Shown in pieces: positions 24,362-36,680 of a stretch of DNA of 64,000 bases. The position numbers and the translations under genes were made by a program. Origin of the DNA: Octopus sinensis (Eukaryota); assembly GCF_006345805.1 (NCBI RefSeq), contig NC_043012.1, positions 3,596,001-3,660,000 on the forward strand. The letters are read 5' to 3'. Below the pieces are notes generated by a model that was not told where the DNA came from, did not search any database, and saw only the letters and a list, made by a program, of their open reading frames with translations. Each line of letters opens with the position of its first letter. Position 1 is the stretch's first letter.

Positions 24362-27308
24362 GTATCGCTAAACATGAAATAAAAATTGAAATAACCAATT
24401 AAATAAATAAATCTGTCTTCGAGACTCTTGCCTTAGTTTTATTGTACTTTTCACACCCGAGACAATTTTGTTCCCCTTTTATCCTTGTCGAAGGATTCGT
24501 GTCGCTCTTAACATGAACCGCCGTTTCAGACACGATCGATTTCTTTGACTGGCTCTTAATTACTGAAGGTGGGCTGACTATTTAAATCCTCAGTCCTTCC
24601 TTCACCAATTACTTATCAAAGTAATTCATACCTCCAGTTAAGTTTTCGGTTTGGGGAACGGTTTTTTCTTTTTCGAGAAATATCCAAAATGCGGAGGAGA
24701 CCCATTCCTTAAAGGAAAAAAAAAAATCTATTTACTCGTGTAACGTTGCTTTTCTCTTTCAGTTCTTTTATTTTGTTTGAATATAATCTGGGGGTAATAA
24801 GAAGAGACAGTGTTTGCTTAAGTCGAATTCATATGATTAATTGATAAGTAATAGTGTTCCACAGATTTTTTCATTTTTATCAGAACACATCAAGGTGTTC
24901 CTAGCAACGATGATCTCACACGTTTTGTTTTCTTTTAGTTCGTTTTTAGCTCTTTCCCACCCCCACTTCTTTTGTATGTCTCTATAAACGAAATACCAAA
25001 CATTGTAATTGGAGCCACTTAGTATATATTTTGAGCTTATTCATTATGTATCACCACAACAATTGTCTCATTATTGATGACTGAAGATGCAGTAACGACC
25101 GTTGATTTGTTTGTAGATTGATTCATGAGTCAGCAGCCAATGTGTAACGGGAAGTGATTAAAACCTTTCTGTATGAGTTGGAACAGATTTGGTAGCCTAT
25201 TGCATATCGATCTCAGAGCCTTAAAATTATTAATGGGGTTAATTATGTATATACGAGGGGCTAAAACTATGGGTTCGGAGTACCTTATAATTCTGAAGAT
25301 TCGAGAAACTTCACCTGAAAAATTGATATTTTAGAATTTATATTCTGTTTTACTGGGAATAACTCCCCATGTTACATATATTAAAATTCTGTAGTATTAT
25401 GCTTCATACACGATTGCTGATAGCTTTTGTTCATCTCACTGAAGATCCCTCTAAAAGGATACTAAAGTAAATGTGTGAATTCAAAAATAATAGAACCTTA
25501 TTCCTAATTCTTATTGAAGTCTGTTGTTATTATTACTTAATTAACTAAAAAAAACTTAGTGTTTTGATTCAAGTTTCTATTCAAAATATTAACGATATCA
25601 GTTCTCCTTCCTCCACCCAAAAAGACCCCTTCCAGTTCTCTAATAAACCCATCATAATGTTTTGTTTTTTTTTTCAATTTTTACCTTATGCCAGTAAACG
25701 AAGTTTATGGTCAAGGATACCAATCAAATTATAGCCTCCAAATATGAAACATTCTTTTAACTATTAAGAAGCTTCTATTGATTCTAAATTTCAAAAGCAA
25801 CTTCCAAATCTTTCTATTTACTAATTTAGAACACTACTTTCAGAAACTAAGCTAATTGGTTCTTTCTTCAGATCAAATTATCGGTCAGTGTAAGCTAATC
25901 AATAGTCTGATGCCAATCTTGGATGGAAGGTGGTAGGGTACAGGTTACATACACTATAAATGTATTTAGTCATTGAACCAACAAGCAGGAACTGCAGATA
26001 TCCTAGCTATCCTCTATCTCATCACCCATCACTTTTTCTGACTTGGCTATGGTATTTGTTTTAGTCTTCAATCATTTTCATTCTCCGAATGTAAATGTCA
26101 TCTATTTTGTGGTCAGGCTCATTTTCATCTAATGAGCTAATGACGAAGTGAGCCTCTACCTAGCTACATAATATGCTAGAAACAACAGTGAAATAACCCT
26201 CAAATCACACTCTCTTCTTAAAAGGGAGAAAAATGCAGCAGATAATGTAACCCCAGGTGTAAACTTAAGGAATGGCTTGGTATGAATGCCTTTAATCATA
26301 AGTCTGTTCATTCAGAGTTTTTAAACAACAATAGGTAACTTGACTACCACTTAGAAAGATTTTCCAACAACCTGTAGTTACCGATGAGAGTTTAGTGTTT
26401 CTGCTGAGAGAAGCTTAGTCTTTCTACATATACATGTGACTATGAGTGGATCCTCCTCCTCCTCTTCATCAAATGACCCTGTTATTAGGCTATCAGCTTG
26501 CTGTGTTATTAGTATATCAGTTTTGACAGTTCATAACACTGGTGCCTCACTTGTATAAGTATGGACTGTCAAAAACAGAGTTTCTATTTCCAGCAGAGAC
26601 ATTTTACTTTCAATGGTTCAGCCCATGTTGTTTGGTGTAGAGGAGAGCCATTGGTGTTACTGTTTAGCACCAAGACAGCTCTGATGTATAGATCTTGGTA
26701 TTCGAAGGCATTCCAGCCATAACTATCTTGTTTTTTTTAGACATTCTGCATCCAGGAATACATTGTCTTTTCAAGACAGTAAGGTGTGATTGGAGGAAGA
26801 TTTTGGCTATTATTTCTAACAGGCTAAACTGACTGTGGAAAGCAGAGGTGGGGAGTCTTTTTTAATGGTAAGGGTGGGCGAAAACATCAAGTGCAAATGA
26901 AAAGGATTTCCTGTTATTAGTACCAAGGCTGCCTCATTTGTCATAAGCGACAATTTGAGTTGCTGAGTAACTGCCCTGACTGTGCAGACATATGCTCAAA
27001 AGTGTACCATCAGTGGATAACTGATGAGTATTTTCTTAGCTGCTGTATTAAGTTCAAATTCTATGGAAGCCTGAATGTGGGATGATGCTCAACTATTTAA
27101 TACTATGAAATCTTTGATAAACTCCAGCACATCTCTACTGCTGTATAAGGCCTCTCTGAAGCAGGCGACCTATACAAGAACCATTAGTGACTGACCCTTC
27201 TTGAGTAAAGGATTCTATGCAAGTACTTCTCAACAATTATACACACCTCAAATCCACCTTTTCTCACTAATGCACAAAATGATGATTTCTTTGTCTAATT
27301 TTGAGCAT

Positions 27309-27830
27309 AGGCGTAGGAGTGGCTGTGTGGTAAGTAGCTTGCTTACAAACCACATGGTTCCGGGTTCAGTCCCACTGCGTGGCACCTTGGGCAAGTGTCT
27401 TCCACTATAGCCTCGGGCTGACCAAAGCCTTCTGAGTAGATTTGGTAGACGGAAACTGAAAGAAGCCCATCGTATATATATGTATGTTTGTGTGTGTGTG
27501 TGTTTGTCCCTCCCAACATCGCTTGACAACCGATGCTGGTGTGTTTATGTCCCTGTAACTTAGCGGTTTGGCAAAAGAGACCAATAGAATAAGTACTAGG
27601 CTTACAAAGAATATGTCCTTGGGCCGTGTGTGGTGTTTGTCCCTCCCAACATCGCTTGACAACCGGATGCTGGTGTGTTTTTATGTCCCTGTAACCTTAG
27701 CGGTTGGCAAAAGAGACCAATAGACTAAGTACTAGTAAGCTTACAAATAGATTATGTCCTTGGGGCCGATTTGCACAACTCAATTGTGGTGCTCGCATGG
27801 CCACAGTCAAATGACTGAAACAAGTAAAAT
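27309..27830 (+). mobile_element. OR-type SINE with an internal duplicated 3' segment (~27630-27770)
   Basis: Full head and tail; the second copy of the 3' part is rich in 1-bp indels. Confidence 0.88.
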
Positions 27831-30054
27831 AGTATACTGAGTCTTGCTTTGCCACAACTGAAGGTACAGGTTATCATCTTCAAAAACAAGACCCCTCATG
27901 GGATATTTCACCCTCCTCATCTCATGCAAGCAAATATTTTGAATGTCTTTTTTTTTTTTCTGTACAACTTATGGCTGATTGGAACTTGAAAACTTTTCAA
28001 ATCATCTTGTGATTAAGTTTAATGCTTCTTGCAAAATCTTGTTTCAAATAGAAAACGAAAACAATCAATGAAACCCAATGTTTCGGACTACTTGCTGAGC
28101 TCAAGATCCTAAGTTCATATTATACTCTTTGAAATCCATGTTTTACTGAATGTTGCCTCCCTCCATCACCATACACAAATATGCACTTGTAAGATACATA
28201 ACTCTTATTGAACCAATTTTCATAGTTTTCAGACCAAACCTCTAATCTACACTTCATCTGCACGATAGGCCTTTTATTGGAATCGCTTCCAAGCCCACAC
28301 TTTACCTGTAGCTATACTTGCAAGAGGAGCATTAACTCATCATTATCATCAGACTCTGAGAGCTTGTGAATGTCATGGACGTAACATTTTCCTCTTGACC
28401 AAACCAATAATGCTCCCAGGTTTACTATCTAATCCTTTCTTTAGCAGAACTCGAGTCATTTGCAAGCATTTCAACCAAACTGGTTTCTTCCTGTTCACAC
28501 TTTTCCAGCAGCTTGTAGATGGATTTTCTGGTTGGATGTCAACTGCATCAATCTTGCCAGTGCCTGAGAATGTTATTAATCATTGTCTCTCCTCTCCTTA
28601 TTAACTTCAGTGATGGGAAAGGCATCTACCTATATATAATGGGGTTACCCCAAATAAAGACTACACCTTACCTATGCATGCATGGAGTAAGTCAATGAAG
28701 ATTTGTTTTTTTGATGGAATTCTTCTGAAAATGGTTTGCTATTTTTTCTTCTGTTCTTTCACTATAGACATACTGCCAATGGATTTGGTTAGGTGTATCT
28801 CTCATCAAGCACACCCAATTTTTTTGTCGCATATTTAATTTTATTGGTCTTTATTTTATTAAATGACTAAATACTTGCACAGAATAATAAATATCACAAG
28901 GTATTTCTATTTGATACATAGATTTAATGGCAATCCCTTGTCAATACTGCAAAGCAAAGTAGTTGGTGATAAGAAGGGTTTGTAGTCATAAAAATTTGTT
29001 AAATTTACACAAAACGAAAGAGTTGTTTGGCTTTTCTTTGTAGTTTGTACCAGATGCCAAAGGACTGACAGGTGGTGATACAAAGAATGATAACAAATAA
29101 CAAGATGTTGTGAGATCCATCTAACCCTTACTGGCATGGAAAAATAGATGTAAATGATGTACATGTGTGTGTTGAGTTTGTCTACCAGATTTTACTCAGA
29201 AGTTATTGAATAACATGAGATGATATAACACATCTGTCTAAGGTACTGCACAGAGGGATCAAACATGACACCTTGTGGTTTTGAAACAAACTTCTTAACC
29301 ATAGAGCCGTGTTTGGAAGTTCTCTTTTGTAATTTCTGTTTCTAGACTGAAAACTTTTTCCTTCCTCATGAGTGAGTTAGTGGCCCTGAAATAAAAGCTG
29401 AGACATTGATTGTGGGAACAGAGCAGAACAAGAAGTTATTGATAATTAAGTGTTGGAATACAGCAGGACAAGATTGATAAGTGGGTTAAGGGCTATGATA
29501 GAGGAGAAAGCTATCCATAAGTGGATTTCATGGGGAGGGGACACAATGTTGGAGGAATGATAAATGTTGTAAGGTTTAGAATACTGCAAGAAAGTAAATA
29601 ATGGAAGTTATCGAATATTGGTTTCAAATTTTGGCACAAGGCCAGCAAGTTCAGGGGAGGGGCTAAGTCGATTACATTGACCCCAGTGCTCAACTGGTAC
29701 TTATTTTATTGATCCCGAAAGGACGAAAGGCAGAGTCGACCTCAGTGGAATTTGAACACAGAATGTAAAGATGTGTAAAGGCATTTTGCCTAGTGTGCTA
29801 ATGATTCTGCCTTGAACTTATTTAATATTGATTTCTAATCCAGGCAGTTACTGTGAAGGAAGGTACAGTTGATTATATCATCTCACATTCATATTTGATT
29901 AGCATGTTTATATTTTATCAATTCCTGAGTGGTGAAAGGCAATGTTAGCCATGGCATTTATGACCTGGTAAAATGCTTTTGTTGTTGAATTGTGTTCAGT
30001 CACAAGTTTTGCAAAATTTTGCTAACTTCTTTGCCTTTTCATCAAGTTAGAACA

Positions 30055-30400
30055 AAAACAGCCTAGCATTGAAAGTAGAGGCTATCACATTGCACTGTCT
30101 GAAGCCACCTTTCTGACAGTTCTTTGCTTCAGCACTGGTACCAGTTCTTGTTCTTCAAGACAAAGACCTCCTTCTCAGAAGCTTCCACCTCCTCTTGGTT
30201 GATGAAGTTCCACAGGCTCAGAAAACGAGCCATGGATCGGAATGAGTAATAATCAAAGGGAGATATTTTTCAGCAATTCTAACTTGCATAAGCAGTGGTT
30301 AAGCGAGGGTTAGCTTCTGGAACCAAAATATTTGAAAAACTTTTGACTCTACATATAATTCTTCAACCCTGCTTGAGCAGAATTCTGTTACAGTGTTAGA
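30055..30400 (-). pseudogene. Mariner transposase C-terminal remnant
   Basis: YYSFRSMARFLSLWNFINQEEVE...KELSERWLQTVQCDSLYF. Confidence 0.8.
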
Positions 30401-30600
30401 TGACTGAATATAGAATTCAACTGGTGTTTCTAGCCATTTTATATACTGTTTGAAAAGTCCTGCTGTTGTTATCATCTGTGCTCACTATGCTACTTGGGTT
30501 TTAGTGTACTCTGCTCAGTTGGTACCCCTGGACCCCATATAAATTTCTGTTGCATAATATAATTTGTATTTACCCTTGTAGATATATATACTCTCTTTTC

Positions 30601-30993
30601 TCTTTTACTCTTTTACTTGTTTCAGTCATTTGTCTGCGGCCATGCTGGAGCACCGCCTTTTAATCGAGCAAATCGACCCCGGAACTTATTCTTTTGTAAG
30701 CCCAGTACTTATTCTATCGGTCTCTTTTGCCGAACCGCTAAATAAGAGGGACATAAACACACCAGCATCGGTTGTCAAGCAATGCTAGGGGGACAAACAC
30801 ACACACGCACGCATATATATATGTACATATATACGACGGGCTTCTTTCAGTTTCCGTCTACCAAATCCACTCACAAGGCTTTGGTTGGCCCGAGGCTATA
30901 GTAGAAGACACTTACCCAAGGTGCCACGCAGTGGGACTGAACCTGGAACCATGTAGTTGGTAAACAAGCTACTTACCACACAGCCACTCCTAC
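30601..30993 (-). mobile_element. OR-type SINE (little diverged)
   Basis: Full length, CpGs largely retained. Confidence 0.92.
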
Positions 30994-31773
30994 ATGTATA
31001 AAGTTGATATATTTGTCTACGACTCAGCTTCAAATTATAACTATCAGAAACCGTATCCATTTCTTTGCTGAGCCTAGTTTCAGTCTCGTAACTTCTGGAT
31101 TATGGGCCCAACATGCTTCCATTCACCACTCTGGGTAAGATGAGTTGTAATGGTCTGAGATGAGTTGAGGGACCATGTGTCCGTTTTCCATGCTGACTTA
31201 GGTAGGACAGCTTGACCGGAGGATGCCCCAGACTCCATTGTCTGTTCTAGCACGGTTTCTACGGTTGAATGCCCTTCTTACCGCCAACCACTTTACAGTG
31301 CATACTGGGTTCTCTGTTATGTGACACCTGTGCTTTTAACATGATGCCAGCATGAGTGCTTTTAATGTGGCACCAGTCCCAGTATCAATTCTGCTGTGGG
31401 GGGCAGGTCTTCTTGAGAATGGATGCTCTTCCTAACACCAACCACTTTATAGAATGTTCTGGGTGATAAGACAAAGCTAAAAAGTTCAACCCAGTCTTAC
31501 ATTGTCACTGCTTCAAATCCTTGCTTTTTCTATTCATTCACTCATTTAAAAAAAAAAATTATTGAAATAGATAGAGAAGGTTATATTTCATTTGTAATAT
31601 AATCACAAAAAGATTAAGATACATTTAGCTGCTAAGTAGAACAGGTCAAGCAAATTTGTAGAATCGCCCTGTTGTACTGTACTCTTTTGTCCACTCATCT
31701 CTGTGGCTCTAACTGGCATTTTGGGGGTTTCATCTCCTCAGAGTTAATAAAGCACCAGACAAGTACTGGGGTT

Positions 31774-32018
31774 CATTATTTGCATTATTTACATTTGACG
31801 GATATTTGTCCTCATCTTGTTTGTTGTTAACACGTTTCGGCTGATATACCCTCCAGCCTTCATCAGGTGTCTTGGGGAAATTTGGAACCTGGGTTCTTAT
31901 TCCTAAGATATTTTTCAGTGTTATTAATATTATTGTTATTGTTCAGGCCACTGCTTGGAATCGAACTCAGAATCTTGGGGTTAGTAGCCTGTGCTCTTAA
32001 CCACTACGCCATATGCCC
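31774..32018 (-). mobile_element. tRNA-headed SINE with a hammerhead-like 3' module (solo copy)
   Basis: Reverse complement: gggcatatggcgtagtgg...gagttcgattcc...gacacCTGATGAaggctg(gagggtatat)cagccGAAACgtgtt... Confidence 0.88.
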
Positions 32019-32112
32019 GTGGACATATGAACTAGGGTTGATGTAAGAAATTAATCGTTCCCTGCAAAATTGCTCATCTTGTACTTGAATTAGAAACAGT
32101 TATCTGTTATCA

Positions 32113-32515
32113 TTTACTTGTTTCAGTCAGTAGACTGTGGCCATGCTGGGGCACCACCTTGTAGAGATTTTTTAGTTGAACATCTTGACCCTAGTGTTTT
32201 TTTTAAATCCTGGTACTTATTTTATCAGTCTCTTCTGCCAGACCTCTAAGTTATGGGGATGTAAACAAACCAACACCAGTTGTCAGTCAAGTGGTGGGAG
32301 GGGACAAATTCAGACACAACGACACACACACACATGTATATACACACACACATGCATGCATGTGCAATGGGCTTCTTTCAGTTTCCATCTACCAAATCCA
32401 CTCACAAATCTTTGGTTGGCCAAGGCTATAATAGAAGACCCAAGGTGGCATACAGTGGGACTGAACCCATAACCATGTGTTTGGGAAACAAACTTATTAC
32501 CACACAGCCACTCCT
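32113..32515 (-). mobile_element. OR-type SINE (source of the copies at 34967-35263)
   Basis: Private deletion gaagac|ccaagg is shared with the 35-kb arms. Confidence 0.88.
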
Positions 32516-34712
32516 GTACCTATTATTATTTCTATTTGATTTGACATTTGGCAGAACAGTATTATTTGTCTCTCTTGTGTATGTAATAAATGTGTGTATA
32601 CATGTATGTATATGTATGTGTGCACGTACATTTTGCATATATTTAAGTGAAGTCGCATTTGAATGTTAAGATGTTAAAGCTTAGGATAATAAATAGTCAG
32701 GTTTCTTTAGCTGAATCAGACATATATAATTAAGAGAGTTTATATTTCTGTCTCTATGTCTGTCTCAGAACATGTTCAAATACATGTCTAATAGATTTAA
32801 AGCGAATAACAAAAGGAAGAACTACATGAAACGGATCTTGTTAAAATTATATTCTGGTATACGCTAATGTTAGGTTTGTCTGTTTATGTGCATGTGTGCT
32901 TGTATGTATATGTGTGTGTTTTCCTTCCTTAAGAGCCTACTTAAAGAATTTGAGAAACAAAAAAAATATAAGGATATAATAATAATAATATAAGGCCAAA
33001 AATACAAATTTCAAACAGAAAATACTAATTATTACTTGAACCCTTTCATTTTATATATTATTTCCTCTTTTCTTTTTAATTAAATCTTGGGTTGGACCTA
33101 GTTTCATTTTGCTTAAGTAGCTTTAGTATTTTGTTACCATTTCCCGTCCAGTTAACTACATTAGTTCAAATAATATCAATCTTTTCCTTCATAAGTACCA
33201 TTTGACATGTTTGATTCATGCAAATGGAACCATCACCCACACTTTCTGACACTACTGTACTTAAAACCTGGAAGAACTGAGACAATCATTTGCATTTATG
33301 CTTATATTAACATTTATCCTCCTTCTCATTATTTTTGCATTTGTTTTTCTGTGCTGACAAGAATGAACAGATTTCGTAATGTATTTTGTCACTTGTCATA
33401 GTCTTTTGTTTTCTAGCATACACAAATGCAGAGAAAACCCAGACATCTTTGTTACATTAGAGACATCAGAGACAAAACTAAACAGTCTCCTCTACTCTAG
33501 CACCTCCATTTACTTTTTTCCATTTTGGCATTTTCATTTTTCACAGCTGGATACCTTTCCTCTCCATAACTAACCACTTTACAACATGAACTGGATACAT
33601 GTCATTATGTCACTGATACTAGAGATGTTGTCTCTGACAAAAGTCCCCCTGAGAGTCAATGAGACTGGGGTTGCAGAGAATGCATTATACCTTGGCCCAG
33701 AAATTTTCTGGGTTCTCAGAAAATATTTCTATATGTTGAACACTAAGCTAGAGTTCAAAGAAATGAAGAGCTCAGCATATAAAAGGGGGTAGTCCTTACA
33801 ATTCCATGGAAATTTTAGGGGACTTTGCGGTTCTGAAAGTAGTCCTGTTCTACTTAGAAAAATTTCTCTTGGAGGTGCTAGGGAAGGGGACTTGGAAGAA
33901 ACCCATACCCCTGATAAAATTCTTCTCAGATACTCTGGTACTACCCTAAATTGTCTCTGTTCGGTATCTGTGCTGATGTTAAAATATTTATGCTTATGTT
34001 ATAACATTTGTGCTTGCATTATTAACATTTGAATGAAGATGATTGAAATTTATAAATTCCACTGGGATTGCTTTTATCTAAAGCTTAAATGTAAGCATCA
34101 TGTTCAAACTCTCTCGTGTGTGCGCGTGAGCACACACACACACACACACACATTCGCACACTCTCTCTTCCCTCCCCACCTCTCTCTCTCTCACCATCTT
34201 CAATGTTTTACCATATTTTCATACTGGCATAAGCTGAAGAGGTTCATGTTACAGAATACCACCATTTGTTTCAAATGAAAAATTACTTTGTTTATTGAAT
34301 TCTTTAATGCATTGTTATATTTAAACTGTATCTATGCAAATATACAAAGGATATATTAAAAAAAAAAAAAAGAAATCAAAGGTGTGAGTTGGAGTACTCA
34401 CTACATGTGGTGAAAAGGAGTCTCTGTAATTATTTGCCCTGTTAAAAATTGCTGCCAGATTTCCTTTGAATTGCACCCTACCGTTCTGAAAGTGAGGGGA
34501 AGAAAACACATGTATCTAGAATATATATGTGATGGTTATATTATGCATTAAAAATATCCAGGATGACTATGGTATGAACATCTCTGATCATTGGCCTACT
34601 CAAAGATAGCTGACCTTGGGCTAAACAACATATGGAAATATTATCCATTCAATCCTGGACTAATCCTCAAAAAATGATTTTTCTTTTCAGAGCAAAATTT
34701 CAGTGAAAATTA

Positions 34713-34963
34713 TTGGGTAGGTGCATAATTATTGCGGTTTTTTTTCAACAAATTTTATTCAACAAAAGCAGTAACAATATTTAACAAAAACACCATTAAA
34801 TGACAGTCTGACAATCTGCCAAGCAAATGGGAAGCAGTAGTTGAAGTAGATGGTGAATATGCTCTGGAATAATCATTTAAAGATGGTTTTGTTACATGTT
34901 GTTATTGCTTTCGTTGAATAAAGTTTCTTGAAAAAAAGCTGCAATAATTATGCATCAACCCAA
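34713..34963 (+). mobile_element. Mariner deletion derivative (MITE), ~250 bp, TA target duplication
   Basis: TA|ttgggtaggtgcataattattgcgg...gctgcaataattatgcatcaacccaa|TA with ~65-bp TIRs; internal LPSKWEAVVEVDGEY is a transposase C-terminus. Confidence 0.9.
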
Positions 34964-34966
34964 TAT

Positions 34967-35263
34967 ATGAAATCCACTCACAAGTCTTTGGTTGGCCAAG
35001 GCTATAATAGAAGACCAAAGGTGGCATACAGTGGGACTGAACCCAGAACCATGTGTTTGGGAAACAAACTTATTACCACACAGCCACTCCTGGACTGTTG
35101 TGCCAACTGTCAAATCAAATAGAAATAATAATAGGTCCAGGAGTGGCTGTGTGGTAATAAGTTTGTTTCCCAAACACATGGTTCTGGGTCCAGTCCCACT
35201 GTATGCCACCTTTAGTCTTCTATTATAGCCTTGGCCAACCAAAGACTTGTGAGTGGATTTCAT
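34967..35263. repeat. Fold-back inverted repeat (129-bp arms, 39-bp spacer) copied from ~32390-32560
   Basis: Arms 34967-35095 and 35135-35263 have 2 mismatches; the spacer is the reverse complement of unique flank ~32516-32555. Confidence 0.92.
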
Positions 35264-35791
35264 TGTTTTATTTGTATTTTTTTTTACATCTCTTTTCCAT
35301 ACTGGCATAAAATGGAGAGGCTAGTTTCAGTACGGTATCCCTCTTTACTTGTGGTGATTCTTTGTCATGTTTATTACATGACCCATCATCCTGAGATTAT
35401 CCATCACCACTTCCAACCATTTCTTCTTGAAGTCTTCCTCTTTCCCAGTCTCTTATTTGCATCATATAATATTTTTCCTCCCAACTATTATGTCTTGGCT
35501 AACCTCACTTTTCATCCTTCCACAGTCAATGAAATAGGGACCAGTCAAGTATTGGGGTCAGGTATGAAGCACATGTAATATGCTGGTAATACAGGAGCTG
35601 GTTGGCTAGCTCTTGCAAGTGGTCAGGGATGTATTTGTATGTAGCAGTTGTACTGTCTCAGACAGCTGTAATCCATTGTGGGTTTCACTTGAGCTTTCTT
35701 ATTTTGTACTCTAACTATAATATTGAAAGAGATCTTTATATTCTTATGTTTAGAATTTCATTGGTATCTAATATGTTAGATTTCACAATAA

Positions 35792-36185
35792 TCTCTCTCT
35801 CTATATATATAAAGCTGAAGTTGTATGTGTATGGCAGGTTTGGTGGCCTTCAATTAACACTATCTCCTCCGAGACCCTGTGGCGCAAGTTGACCAAAATT
35901 GAGAGAATGATAGAAGGCTTGCTCTTCCTTCCGTAGAAGAAAAAAATTCAAATCGGACCATGTTAACACCAAAAATTATTTACATCAAGGTGCTTTTTTT
36001 TTATGAAAATCCCTAATTTTTTACGATTTTTTGACTGCTGTGTCAACAATTTTCGGTGTATTTCAACCAGAAAAATGTTCACTTAAAGAGAATAACAAGC
36101 TACATAATGCAAAATTTTTACTTTTCAAAAATTCCAATTCTAAAGGGTCGAAACAAACCCGAGCAACGCCGGGCGATACTGCTAG
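35792..36185 (+). mobile_element. Non-autonomous Helitron
   Basis: A|TC...TATATATAAAGCTGAAG 5' end; 3' hairpin CCCG-agcaacgc-CGGG (36158-36173) then CTAG|T. Confidence 0.85.
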
Positions 36186-36459
36186 TTCTTGATAATTCTG
36201 TTGTTCATTATCAGCCATGTCTTAGGAAGGCTCATTATCATTGTTGCTTTAACATTCACTTTTCCATGCTTGCATGATCGGAAGCAGATTTATTTAAGGC
36301 CTGACACCTTTCCTACTGCCAACCCTTACCTGTTTTCAAAGTGAGGTAAATGGTCAGACATGTTTGTGCGGAATTTTTCAAAATGAATAACACTGCTTAT
36401 ATGACAGTGACATTCATTTACAACTTCCACAAGATGTCAACACACACACAAGAACCATT

Positions 36460-36680
36460 ATCATCATCATCATCAGCTTTCCATGCTGGTATGGGTTGAA
36501 CAGTTTGACAGGAGCTGGCCAGACAGAAGACTGCTCCAGGCTTCGGTATCTGTTTTAACATGGTTTTTATGGCTGGATGCTCTTCCTAACACCAACCACT
36601 CCACAGAGTAGACTGAGTGTCTTTTATGTGGCACCAGCACAGGCAAGGTCAGTTTTGGCGTGGTTTTTACAGTTGGATGT
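36460..36680 (-). mobile_element. RTE LINE 3' UTR fragment (diverged)
   Basis: catcatcatc...ggctggatgctcttcctaacaccaaccac. Confidence 0.78.

Noticed and set aside
27630-27770. Tandem duplication of a SINE 3' segment
   Set aside because: The second copy differs mostly by scattered 1-bp indels, as in uncorrected long-read noise; it is probably an assembly artefact (not verifiable here).
33586-33750. In-frame TGA read-through (selenoprotein-like) idea at ...PESQ*DWGCREC
   Set aside because: There is no recognisable SECIS, no compatible acceptor frame and no family resemblance.
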